Source of the DNA: Oceanispirochaeta sp.
GTDB taxonomy: Bacteria > Spirochaetota > Spirochaetia > DSM-2461
Direction: 5' to 3'
Length of the DNA: 64,000 bases
Assembly: GCA_963663385.2 (NCBI GenBank)
Contig: CAXXXD010000002.1
Span: 736,001 to 800,000 of the forward strand
Notes under the pieces: model-generated
Told to the model about the DNA's origin: nothing
Database searches by the model: none
What the model saw: the letters and a program-made list of their open reading frames with translations, nothing else
Shown here: positions 10,295-19,427 of the stretch, piece by piece
Layout: every line of letters begins with the position of its first letter
Numbering within the stretch: position 1 is the first letter of the stretch
Program-made: the position numbers and the translations under genes

Positions 10295-11773
10295 ATGAGT
10301 AGTAGTTTACAGAATATAGTAGCATTCGATTGCGGGAATTCTTCTGTCCGGGTGGTTTCCGGCTTGTTTGACGGAAAGTCAGTCGAAACCAGGGTTGTGC
10401 ATCAGGTTCCCAATGAAGCAATCAATATAAACGGAGTCTTCTACTGGGATATCCTCTATATCTTCAGGGAACTGCAGAAGGGCCTGCAGAAAGCCTACCT
10501 GGAATACGGTCCAATTGAATCGGTAGGTATATCAACCTGGGGAATTGATTTCGGACTTCTGGGCGAGTCGGGGCAGCTGTTGGGCAATCCCCTCTGTTAC
10601 CGGAACACCTTTGGACAGTCCGTACTGGATGTGCTCCCGGAAAGTGAAAAAAGGAGGACGTTCAAGGCTACGGGGATTCCGGAACATCCGATGAATTCCC
10701 TCTATCAGCTATTGGGAATTCGCCGGTACCTTCCGGAGTATTATAAAAACGCCAGAAAAATGCTTTTAATTCCCGATCTGCTGGCCTATCTCTTTACAGG
10801 GGTTATCCAGGGCGAACCGACAATCGCGAGTACAACGCAGATGATGGACATGCGGGAGCATTGCTATACGGATGATGTCTTTGAGCAGTTCGATATCGAT
10901 TCATCCCTTTTTCCCGAACTGACAAATCACGGCATTGTTTACGGGGAACTGAAAGAGGAGCTGGCGGACAGCCTTAAAATCAACCGCTGTCCCTTTATCA
11001 GTGTCCCCTCCCATGATACGGCCTCAGCGGTTGTTTCCGTTCCGGCCGGGTCGGAGGACTTCCTCTTTATCTCATCCGGTACCTGGTCTCTGATCGGAAC
11101 CGAACTCTCCGATCCGGTTATTAATGATCAGGTTTATGCCAGAGGATTTGCCAATGAGGGAGGCGCTTTCGGAACCATAACTCTCCTTAAAAACTCGGCG
11201 GGGATGCATATCCTGCAGAATGTGAAACGGGACCTGGAGAAATCCGGCAGAAAATATTCCTGGGATGAACTGGTGGATATGGCAACTGCCTGTGAGAGTC
11301 ATGTTCCGATTTTTAACCCCAATGATCCTGTCTTCTTCAACCCCCATGAGATGTCCGCCGCTATCAGGAGCTATACGGGGAAAGACCTGGAGGATGGAGA
11401 AGTGCTGGCATCGGCCTATTTATCCCTGGCCTGCAGCTATAAACACAGTATTGAACAGATTGAAGAGATTACCGGTCGGGAGTACAGGAAGGTGCATATC
11501 ATAGGAGGCGGCTGCCGTAATGACAACCTGAACCAGTATACCGCCGATTTATGCTCTAAAACGGTGGTGGCCGGGCCCGATGAGGCTACATCACTGGGAA
11601 ATATCGGTGTTCAACTGAAGAAAAACAGCCCGGACCTGTCTTTAATGGATATCCGGAATATTCTGAAACGGTCCATTCCCGTGAACTCCTTCAGTCCTTC
11701 CGATCGCGAGGATCGAAGTAAAATGATGAAGGGGTATTACGATTCCTATCTGAAGCTGGAGGGAATTGAATAG
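10295..11773 (+). CDS. Rhamnulokinase/fuculokinase-family FGGY kinase (copy 2)
   Basis: Same motif set as 2173-3579 (AFDCGNSS, TWGIDFG, HPMNSLYQ, SHDTASAV, SSGTWSLIG); RBS AGGAGG. Confidence 0.9.
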   Translation: MSSSLQNIVAFDCGNSSVRVVSGLFDGKSVETRVVHQVPNEAININGVFYWDILYIFRELQKGLQKAYLEYGPIESVGISTWGIDFGLLGESGQLLGNPLCYRNTFGQSVLDVLPESEKRRTFKATGIPEHPMNSLYQLLGIRRYLPEYYKNARKMLLIPDLLAYLFTGVIQGEPTIASTTQMMDMREHCYTDDVFEQFDIDSSLFPELTNHGIVYGELKEELADSLKINRCPFISVPSHDTASAVVSVPAGSEDFLFISSGTWSLIGTELSDPVINDQVYARGFANEGGAFGTITLLKNSAGMHILQNVKRDLEKSGRKYSWDELVDMATACESHVPIFNPNDPVFFNPHEMSAAIRSYTGKDLEDGEVLASAYLSLACSYKHSIEQIEEITGREYRKVHIIGGGCRNDNLNQYTADLCSKTVVAGPDEATSLGNIGVQLKKNSPDLSLMDIRNILKRSIPVNSFSPSDREDRSKMMKGYYDSYLKLEGIE

Positions 11774-11776
11774 ACT

Positions 11777-12466
11777 TCAGTCCCGAATCCCCGATGAATA
11801 AACCGCGTGGGGGCGTCCCACGTCGCTGTATTCGAAGCTTTTCTGAATCTCTCCCTGGTTGTGGAGGTACTCCAGGTACCGCCGGGCCGTAATACGGGAG
11901 AGGTTCAGCTTTTCCGCCATTTCCTGGATGGTTACCCTTCGATTCTGCACCAGAAAGAACTCCTCTACTTTCTGCAGTGTAAAGGAGCTGATCCCCTTGT
12001 CCAGGTTCCGGGGAGGACCTTCTTTCTGCTCTGTCTGCATCAGGCTGTCAACCGCTGAGGAAGGGATACTCTCCCCCGCATCCAGCCTGAGGCGGTAGTT
12101 CCTGTATTTATCCAAAGCCTGAATCAGTCTCTCCTTTGAAAAAGGTTTCATAATATAATCGAAGGTCCCGGCCCGGACTGCTTTCATCACAGTTTCTCCG
12201 TCGCTGGCCGCTGTGATCAGGATGATATCCGTGTTATACTCCCTTTCCCGGATCTCTTTTGAGAGTTCCAGACCGGAGATATCCGGCAGATAGACGTCCA
12301 CCAGGGCGAGATCCACCGGGTGTTCTTCCAGATAATCCAGAGCGTCCCGGCCTTTCAGTTGGACCGAAACTACCTGAAATCCCTCAATGCTCCTTATGAT
12401 CTCTTCGTTGATAGAGGCCACGTGGAAGTCGTCTTCTACAATCATTACTGTAAATTCTCTTGTCAT
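11777..12466 (-). CDS. CitB/DctR/MalR-family response regulator
   Basis: REC domain VEDD..DVYLPD..KPF; C-terminal HTH SRITARRYLEYL..GRP. Start set at MTREF. Confidence 0.9.
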   Translation of the reverse strand: MTREFTVMIVEDDFHVASINEEIIRSIEGFQVVSVQLKGRDALDYLEEHPVDLALVDVYLPDISGLELSKEIREREYNTDIILITAASDGETVMKAVRAGTFDYIMKPFSKERLIQALDKYRNYRLRLDAGESIPSSAVDSLMQTEQKEGPPRNLDKGISSFTLQKVEEFFLVQNRRVTIQEMAEKLNLSRITARRYLEYLHNQGEIQKSFEYSDVGRPHAVYSSGIRD

Positions 12467-12471
12467 ATTTT

Positions 12472-14049
12472 CTAACCTGTGTTTGCCTTCAGACCTGCTG
12501 CAGGGAGGCGGACCCTGAATAGGCATCCCCCTCCGGAACTCTCATATTCTACTGTACCGCAGCGTTTTTCTGTCAGTTTTTTTACCAGACTCAGGCCCAT
12601 GCCCCTTTTCCGGGAGCTTCCCTTTGTGGATATCCCCTCCTGAAAGATATCCACATCGGGACCGGCGTGAATCCCTCCTCCATTATCGCCAACTTCCATA
12701 TAGAGTTCCCTGTCTGTCATAACCAGAAAAATATCAATCCGGGTCGGGGCTTCATCGATGGCATTCTGAATCAGGTTCCCCATAATTGAGACAATATCGT
12801 TCAGCGCTCCTTTTTCCAGCGTCGGGATTTCCGTATCAGGGTTGAGTATGACTTCGATCCCTTTTTCTTCGGCATCCCGGATTTTTGCCAGGATCAGCCC
12901 CGACAGACCGGGATCCCTGATGTTTTCCAGAATAAAATCGCTGATCTCCTGCTGATACTCTGTTATGGAATTGATAAACTCCACTGCTTCCCGTTGTTTT
13001 CCCAGCTGCATCATGCCCGAAATAACCTGCAGGTGATTCAGGTGTTCATGATGCTGGGCCCGAAGGGCATTGATATAGCTTCTAACCTCCGTCAGCTCTT
13101 CAGCGAGGTTCTGAATTTCACTCATATCGCGGAAGGTGGCAACGGCGCCGATCAATCTGCCCTGATGAAACAGAGGTATCCGGTTGGCCATTATATGGAT
13201 ATTGTTAATTACCAGTTCGCTGTCAAGCAGAGCTTTCTCTGAGGCGATGACATCCGGGAGCCGGGACTGGGGGATGACCGACAGTACAGCCTTTCCCATG
13301 GGGTCTCCGCTGATCCTCAGGATTCTGCAGGCCTGTTCGTTAATCAGAATGATTTTCCCCTCCGTATCGATAGCCAGGATCCCCTCCCGTATGGAAGCTG
13401 TAATGGTATTGTGCTGGGTCAGTAGGTTGGCAATCTCTTCAGGTTCCAGACCGTATATGCTCTTTTTTACATGCCTTGCCAGTAAAAGAGCTCCCAGAAC
13501 AACAATAATGGTACCCACGGCGGCCACAAGGTAGAGTATACGGTTGATAACCAGCTGGATTTCCTTCAGGTTTTCCAGAAGAACCCCAACCACAACGACT
13601 CCTATAATTTCCCCGTTCCGGGATCTGACCGGTTCAAAGGCCCGGATGGACGTTCCCAGGGTCCCCTGGGCTATGGACGTGTAGGACTTTCCCTTTAATG
13701 CCGCCAGTTCGTCTCCTCCTACAAAATGTCTGCCGATCCTTTTCGGATCGGGGTGACTGTACCGGAGGGAATCCCGGTTGATGACGACAATGAAACTGAC
13801 ATCCGTACGCCTCTGCATTCCCAGGGTCAGAGGCTGCAGTATCCGGGAGGGATCCTCCTCTCCGAAGGCTTCGATGAGTCTGGGATCTTCCGAGATAAGG
13901 CTGGCCGTCGCCCTGACTTTCTCCCCGCCGTCTTTTACAATCTGCCGTTCCATTACAATCTGTATAATCGCTGTCTGCAGGAGGAGCGCCAGAAACAGGA
14001 TCGACAGGGTGAGCAGGAATATTTTCAGGTTGAGGGATATAGGTTTCAT
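12472..14049 (-). CDS. CitA/DcuS/MalK-family sensor histidine kinase
   Basis: Periplasmic sCache RYSHP..GTLG, PAS (REGILAID), LRAQHHEHLN H-box, GNLIQNA, DNGGG, GMGL. Confidence 0.92.
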   Translation of the reverse strand: MKPISLNLKIFLLTLSILFLALLLQTAIIQIVMERQIVKDGGEKVRATASLISEDPRLIEAFGEEDPSRILQPLTLGMQRRTDVSFIVVINRDSLRYSHPDPKRIGRHFVGGDELAALKGKSYTSIAQGTLGTSIRAFEPVRSRNGEIIGVVVVGVLLENLKEIQLVINRILYLVAAVGTIIVVLGALLLARHVKKSIYGLEPEEIANLLTQHNTITASIREGILAIDTEGKIILINEQACRILRISGDPMGKAVLSVIPQSRLPDVIASEKALLDSELVINNIHIMANRIPLFHQGRLIGAVATFRDMSEIQNLAEELTEVRSYINALRAQHHEHLNHLQVISGMMQLGKQREAVEFINSITEYQQEISDFILENIRDPGLSGLILAKIRDAEEKGIEVILNPDTEIPTLEKGALNDIVSIMGNLIQNAIDEAPTRIDIFLVMTDRELYMEVGDNGGGIHAGPDVDIFQEGISTKGSSRKRGMGLSLVKKLTEKRCGTVEYESSGGGCLFRVRLPAAGLKANTG

Positions 14050-14087
14050 CTTATTTCAGAATAGGGGCTGTGATTCCCGGGGTCAAC

Positions 14088-14131
14088 AAAAAAAGGCATG
14101 CTCCGCAAACCGGGGCCTGCGGAGCATACCT
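14088..14131 (-). terminator. Rho-independent terminator after the 2-HCT transporter
   Basis: ATGCTCCGCA / TGCGGAGCAT stem; the A-run at 14088-14094 gives a U-tail on the minus strand. Confidence 0.75.
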
Positions 14132-14167
14132 GAATAGGCTGATAGATGTTACACTAACCGGTTAATA

Positions 14168-15490
14168 CTAGATGATTCCCAGAAGGGCTGTGGCCAGGAT
14201 CAGCATAAAGGCGCCTCCGATCCGGGACGATATCTGGGCAAAGGGCATAAGTTCCATCCTTTTGGAAGCGGAGAGAACGGCTACATCTCCGGTCCCGCCC
14301 ATATTGGCCATGCAGAGACCAGCCGTAATAGCCGACTCAATGGGGTAGAATCCCAGAAGGCGGCCCACCAGTCCGGAACCGATTACAGCCCCAATGAGCG
14401 TAACGGCAACCAGTACGATATAACTGAAAGAGAGGGCATTGATTACGGCGTTGAGATCCGTATAGGCAATCCCGATCCCGACCAGAAGAGCGGGGGTCAT
14501 AACGACCATGATAAAGCGGAACCATTGAAAGGCGCCGATTTCATATTCCCGCGGCAGGATTCCCAGAGCCTTTACGACGGCTACGGAAATGATCATCAGG
14601 GCGTAGGAGTGTATGGGGATAAAGGAGCCCAGGATTTTCCCCCAGGCAAAGAATGCCGTGGAGAGAAGCAGGCCGATACCCATAACCACATAATCCGGGT
14701 TCAGGAGGGCGTCCCTGTTTTCATCTTCGGGAACGTCTTTCTTATCAGCGCCCGGGAGGAGGAGGTTCCCGTTCCCTGTAAGGTTCTGCCGTTTCTTTCC
14801 GATCTTATCCAGGATTCCCGCTGTTACGATGGCCAGGGCGTTTCCCAGAGCAAGAGCCGGAACCATTTTGGAAAGCATCTGGGCCGTATCAATCCTGAGG
14901 GCGTCTCCGAAAATCTGGGAGAGGGGGACCGCGCCGGCTCCCATTCCGCCACCCATAATGGGAACGGCAATATAGAGCATCGCCTCTTTTCCGCCGTATC
15001 CGATCACTGTTCCTACCAGAAAGGTCAGGCCAAGGGCAAAGACGACTCCTCCCAGGATAGCGGGTAGATAGCGGATAGAGGCTTTTATCAGCAGGTTCCT
15101 GTTCATCCCCAGAATACTACCGGTAATGAGGGCGGCAATATAAAAACTGAGGAACCCCTCTCCCTTCATGAAGTTGACAACAATAGTTGATGTCGCTTCG
15201 GGGATTATTCCATAGGTCGCCAGGGCGGCCGAGCCGAAAATAACAACAATGGCGCCGCCTCCCAGATAATCCTTGACAATGGGAGTCCTGTTTCCGATCT
15301 CATTGAGAATAGCTCCCAGTATGATGGTCAGGGGGAATGCTCCGATCATCCCCTTGGGAAGGGCTCCCAGGTACATGGCTGAAAATACAATAGCCGATAA
15401 CAGGGCAAACAGAGGGAGTTTGACTCCCGCCAGTGTGAACCCTTTCATGGTATCCGAAGGGACTCTATTTATTACAGCGGTTTGACTCAT
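14168..15490 (-). CDS. 2-hydroxycarboxylate transporter (CitS/MaeN family, citrate or malate symporter)
   Basis: PIMGGGMGAGAVPLS, ANMGGTGDVAVL, RMELMPFAQISSRIGG signatures; RBS AAGGAG before MSQTA. Confidence 0.93.
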   Translation of the reverse strand: MSQTAVINRVPSDTMKGFTLAGVKLPLFALLSAIVFSAMYLGALPKGMIGAFPLTIILGAILNEIGNRTPIVKDYLGGGAIVVIFGSAALATYGIIPEATSTIVVNFMKGEGFLSFYIAALITGSILGMNRNLLIKASIRYLPAILGGVVFALGLTFLVGTVIGYGGKEAMLYIAVPIMGGGMGAGAVPLSQIFGDALRIDTAQMLSKMVPALALGNALAIVTAGILDKIGKKRQNLTGNGNLLLPGADKKDVPEDENRDALLNPDYVVMGIGLLLSTAFFAWGKILGSFIPIHSYALMIISVAVVKALGILPREYEIGAFQWFRFIMVVMTPALLVGIGIAYTDLNAVINALSFSYIVLVAVTLIGAVIGSGLVGRLLGFYPIESAITAGLCMANMGGTGDVAVLSASKRMELMPFAQISSRIGGAFMLILATALLGII

Positions 15491-15785
15491 CCTTTTTCTC
15501 CTTTTTCGGGAACAGAAAAAGCTGAACCCGTTTAATGGTAGGTTCAGTATAGGAGCCATACCCTCTGTGAACTAAATGAATTAAAAGATTTTTAGGATGA
15601 AAGCCCTGTCTGGAAACAGAAGCTTCCTCCGATCACTCCTGTTGGAAGCTGAATCATAGAAAACGGCATTCCTGTAAGCAGACGCTTAACAGGACTTACC
15701 TGTTCAGGAGAATTTATCCGGCTGTTTATATTGTGTTCAACTATAATATCTTTTAAGATCAGATAATATAAAAAGTCATATCAGG

Positions 15786-17693
15786 TTGGGGATGATCAGA
15801 AAAAAGCATTTATCAGAAACTCTGATTTTTATTCTTCTTGCAGTTTTGATTCTTTCTCTACTCATTACAGGAGCCGCTGCTTCCTTCTTTTACACGAATC
15901 GCCAAACTGAAAACAAGTCGATATATTTTCCGCACTACCTGCTGCTGGAATCGGAGCGGGATGAGGGCGCTCATCTTGATTTAAAGACTGCCGATAGGGG
16001 CGTAATCGATTACAGGGGAGGCCCGCTTCCGGTAGGTACGGAATATAAAGATAAAATGTACACCTTTAAAACCGTTTTTCAACTCCCCGACACGGCAGAT
16101 GAAACGGATTGGGCTCTTTATGCCGGACTGTTTGAATACCCGTATCGTCTATACCTTAACGGGTATGAGATTTACAAAAAAGGTTGTTATCTGTCATCCC
16201 GGTATAACTCAAGTCTGCGAATGGTAAATAGTGTCTACCTGTCTCCGGATCTGTTAAAGAAAAATGCGCTTAACGAACTTGTTCTTGAAATATATCCGGC
16301 TTATGAAACATGGGGGCTGGATACCCTGTATATCGACTCCAGAGCTGCAGTGGCAAAAGCTGTTTTTATACGGAATTTTATTGGTGTCCATTTTCTGCAG
16401 GGGGCATTTGTTCTTTCCCTGGTTATTGGGATATATTTCATCACCCTGTTCCTTGTTATCAAGGGGAATACAAAAAAATATATCTATTTTGCCTTTTTTG
16501 CCTTTTTCTTTTGCTCTGTCTATTTCAATGTTGTTAGCTATTACGAATCCAACAATGAGATCGTATTGGAATCCCTATCAAAATCCTCAATGATTCTGCT
16601 TTCAGCCTCTCTGCTTTTCTTTATAAGAGAGTTTACAAAACTTCTGTATGGGAAGAAACTCTTCTGGGGTTTTATATTGTTCAGCAGCCTTATGGGATTT
16701 GTGTTTGTATTCTGCCAGAATGATAAAGAGTCCCTCCTCAGAGTCTTCGGGTATTTTCTCAATTTTATGATTATTCCCCAGATGCTGGTTGCATCGGGTA
16801 TGATCCTGTATTACGGGATAAAGATGAAGGGCGCTTTCTTCTGGCCCATACTGATCTCTTTTTCAATTATTATTCTGACCATGATTCATGACGCCTATTA
16901 CTTTATTAATATGATGCTGCCTTATGCCTGGATGATGACCTACGGATTCTTTGCCATGGTCGTAGGGATTTTTGTTTCATTGGTAGAAGAACAATCCTCT
17001 ATATATAAAACCTCAATACAACAAGCCCGTGATCTGGAAGTCAAACAAAACAGTAATGAAAAGCTGAACCGGAAATTAATTCAATTAAACAATAATCTGG
17101 AATCGCTTGTTGAAGAAAAAACCGCAGACCTGAAGAACACCATCGAGCTGCTCAACTATGAAATCAGGGAAAGAGAAAACGTTTCGGAACAATTACGGCA
17201 GCAGGCTTCTACCGATTCCCTTACAGGGATTCTGAACCGGAACTATGGTATCTCTTTTCTGGAAAAACAGATGGCATTAATTAAACGTAGAGGAAGCCGT
17301 TTAGTCGTTTGTTTTATCGATCTTAACGATTTAAAAATGGTGAATGACACACTCGGCCACAAATGGGGAGATGTTTTCATTACGGATACAGCCCGGCTGA
17401 TTACTTCAATACTGAGGGATTCGGATGTTCTCTGCCGGCTGGGCGGTGATGAGTATATGGCCATTCTCTCTGATACCAGTATGGATGAGGCTGTAATTAT
17501 TTTTAAGCGGGTTCTTGCTCTTGTGGATGAATATAACTCTAACGAAGAAAACCCCTATACCTTGAGTTTCAGTTTCGGATTTGCGGAATACGGAGATCCC
17601 TGGATTATACAATCTCAAGAACTGATAGAGAAGGCGGATCAGGAAATGTATAAGGCAAAGCAGCAGTATAGAAAAAAACGAACCGGCTCATAG
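15786..17693 (+). CDS. Membrane diguanylate cyclase (extracellular domain, about 7 TM, coiled coil, GGDEF)
   Basis: TDSLTGILNR, DLNDLK.VND..GH..GD, RDSD I-site, RLGGDEY. Start may be ATG at 15792. Confidence 0.9.
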   Translation: MGMIRKKHLSETLIFILLAVLILSLLITGAAASFFYTNRQTENKSIYFPHYLLLESERDEGAHLDLKTADRGVIDYRGGPLPVGTEYKDKMYTFKTVFQLPDTADETDWALYAGLFEYPYRLYLNGYEIYKKGCYLSSRYNSSLRMVNSVYLSPDLLKKNALNELVLEIYPAYETWGLDTLYIDSRAAVAKAVFIRNFIGVHFLQGAFVLSLVIGIYFITLFLVIKGNTKKYIYFAFFAFFFCSVYFNVVSYYESNNEIVLESLSKSSMILLSASLLFFIREFTKLLYGKKLFWGFILFSSLMGFVFVFCQNDKESLLRVFGYFLNFMIIPQMLVASGMILYYGIKMKGAFFWPILISFSIIILTMIHDAYYFINMMLPYAWMMTYGFFAMVVGIFVSLVEEQSSIYKTSIQQARDLEVKQNSNEKLNRKLIQLNNNLESLVEEKTADLKNTIELLNYEIRERENVSEQLRQQASTDSLTGILNRNYGISFLEKQMALIKRRGSRLVVCFIDLNDLKMVNDTLGHKWGDVFITDTARLITSILRDSDVLCRLGGDEYMAILSDTSMDEAVIIFKRVLALVDEYNSNEENPYTLSFSFGFAEYGDPWIIQSQELIEKADQEMYKAKQQYRKKRTGS

Positions 17694-17718
17694 CATCGAA
17701 GGATGAACCGGCTTTTTT
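17682..17718 (+). terminator. Probable terminator between convergent genes
   Basis: CCGGCTCAT...ATGAACCGG stem (one mismatch) followed by C and T6. Confidence 0.45.
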
Positions 17719-17727
17719 CAACACCCT

Positions 17728-18315
17728 TCAGGGTTTATAGAGCATGTGCAGTTCAAGAGCAGTCCCCAGAACCATGCCATCCCTGTATTCATCAGATAAA
17801 AGGGGAGAGTAGAAAAGCTTTATCCCCGGCATCCAGCTTCTGTTTTCCCCCGGAAATTGTCTCCCTAAAAAACCGCTGAAAAGGGGGCCCCAGGCAAAAA
17901 AGTCCTCCCCCCTGTCATCCATGGAAGATTTATAGTCAGGCCCGTAGTGGAATACCACACCCAGTCCTCCTCCCAGAATAAAATGGGGTTCCTCCAATTT
18001 GCCAAGGTGGTGTTCGTAGGACATCTGCGGTTCGAACTGAAGCATCTGGAAGGCCGCGCCAAAGAGAATCGGGCGCATAATCGGAATATTAAGAGCCAGA
18101 TTGTCCCTGTCCCCAACGGGAAAACGGATATCCGCGTATACATCCATAATCGGGCCGCCCTTAACGCCCGCATCCGACCCGACGCACATCCTCACATCAT
18201 CATAACGGCCTCCAGCCAGAATATGCAGGCCGTATGTAACCGGTCTACCGGTTTCTGCGGGCAGGCCTGCTGAAACATACAGAAAAAGAACCGGGAATAG
18301 TACAAACTTTTTCAT
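17728..18315 (-). CDS. Secreted hypothetical protein, probable small outer-membrane beta-barrel
   Basis: RBS AAGGAG, signal peptide MKKFVLFPVLFLYVSAGLPA, about 8 amphipathic Gly/aromatic-rich beta-strand-like segments. Confidence 0.75.
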   Translation of the reverse strand: MKKFVLFPVLFLYVSAGLPAETGRPVTYGLHILAGGRYDDVRMCVGSDAGVKGGPIMDVYADIRFPVGDRDNLALNIPIMRPILFGAAFQMLQFEPQMSYEHHLGKLEEPHFILGGGLGVVFHYGPDYKSSMDDRGEDFFAWGPLFSGFLGRQFPGENRSWMPGIKLFYSPLLSDEYRDGMVLGTALELHMLYKP

Positions 18316-18449
18316 GGTAAACTCCTTGAATTGTTACTTAGACAATAGGCCAGAATCGGGAAATAGGCAAATTCAGCTTCTGTCTCTGCGGGTTTCCTTC
18401 CATTCCGGTTGTTTTTTTTCTTCCAAACCTCCTATTATTAAGTACTCTT

Positions 18450-19427
18450 GTGTATAAAGGTCGAATATTGAACAGATTCTTCAAAGTTGCCGCAACGGTT
18501 TGCGGTGTGATGTTTGCAGCGGCTCTCCTTATCTCTTTCAGGACAATAGCTTCTTCTCCGTACACCGCTCAGGAACGGGCATCCCCGGATAGTGTTCAGT
18601 ATGCCTTCTCCATCTATATGCCCGATAAAGACTATCCCTATTACAATAAAATACGGCAGGGAGTATCCGATAAAGCCCGGGAGCTGGATTGTGCGGTCAC
18701 CTTTCACTCTCTCAGTGAGGATTCAATCGAACTGAAAGCCGCCTCCCTGTCCGGAGTCGACGGCGCCGCCTACTATCCTCAGGGTGAACAGGCCTGCATT
18801 CTGGATCAGATAGAAAGTTTTTTGAACTCTTCCCTGCCGCTGGTGCTGATTGAGCACCTTCTGCCGACGGATCCTGCCCTCTACCTGGTGGGTACGAACA
18901 GCTACGATGTGGGACGAAAAATAGGAGAGCTTGTATCGGGTTGTAAACATCAATCCCACCATATCGCTTTTATATACAGTGAAAAAAATCCGGGCCTGAT
19001 GGCAGACCGGCAGGCTCTGGAGCTGGGATTCCGCCTGGCCCTGGAGGGACAGGAGTACTCTGTCGTTTCAAGGGAAACCAATTCCAATCCTCTGGATGCG
19101 GAGAGTGAAGTGGATGAGCTTTTAAGGGAGAATCCCGATATCAATCTGATTATTCTCACCGATTCCAACGATACCATGGCAGCTCTTCAGGTCATTATTG
19201 ACAGGAATCTGGTCGGGAAGGTGGAAATCATCGGTTTTGGAGACGACTTTACCATACAGGATTATATAAAAAAGGGTGTATTAAGGGGGACGGTTGTTCC
19301 CAATTCCTATCAGATCGGTTCCCGGGTTGTTCAAACCCTGTACGAAGTGGCCCGAACAGGATCTTCTTCCGCCATTGTGGATATTGAAGCGGGGATACTG
19401 ACCAGGGAGTCCATCCGTGCGAAGTAA
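18450..19427 (+). CDS. Membrane-anchored sugar-binding (PBP1) protein, probable co-sensor of the adjacent kinase
   Basis: N-terminal TM; VGTNSY.VG, IIGFGD, GTVV..YQIG motifs; overlaps the kinase start. GTG start is uncertain. Confidence 0.8.
   Translation: MYKGRILNRFFKVAATVCGVMFAAALLISFRTIASSPYTAQERASPDSVQYAFSIYMPDKDYPYYNKIRQGVSDKARELDCAVTFHSLSEDSIELKAASLSGVDGAAYYPQGEQACILDQIESFLNSSLPLVLIEHLLPTDPALYLVGTNSYDVGRKIGELVSGCKHQSHHIAFIYSEKNPGLMADRQALELGFRLALEGQEYSVVSRETNSNPLDAESEVDELLRENPDINLIILTDSNDTMAALQVIIDRNLVGKVEIIGFGDDFTIQDYIKKGVLRGTVVPNSYQIGSRVVQTLYEVARTGSSSAIVDIEAGILTRESIRAK

Noticed and set aside
15600..15720. Possible riboswitch upstream of the GGDEF gene (hairpins AGCTTCC/GGAAGCT and CCTGTAAGC/GCTTAACAGG)
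   Set aside because: No c-di-GMP or other riboswitch consensus recognisable by eye, and the hairpins lie upstream of the likely -10; an Rfam scan would settle it.
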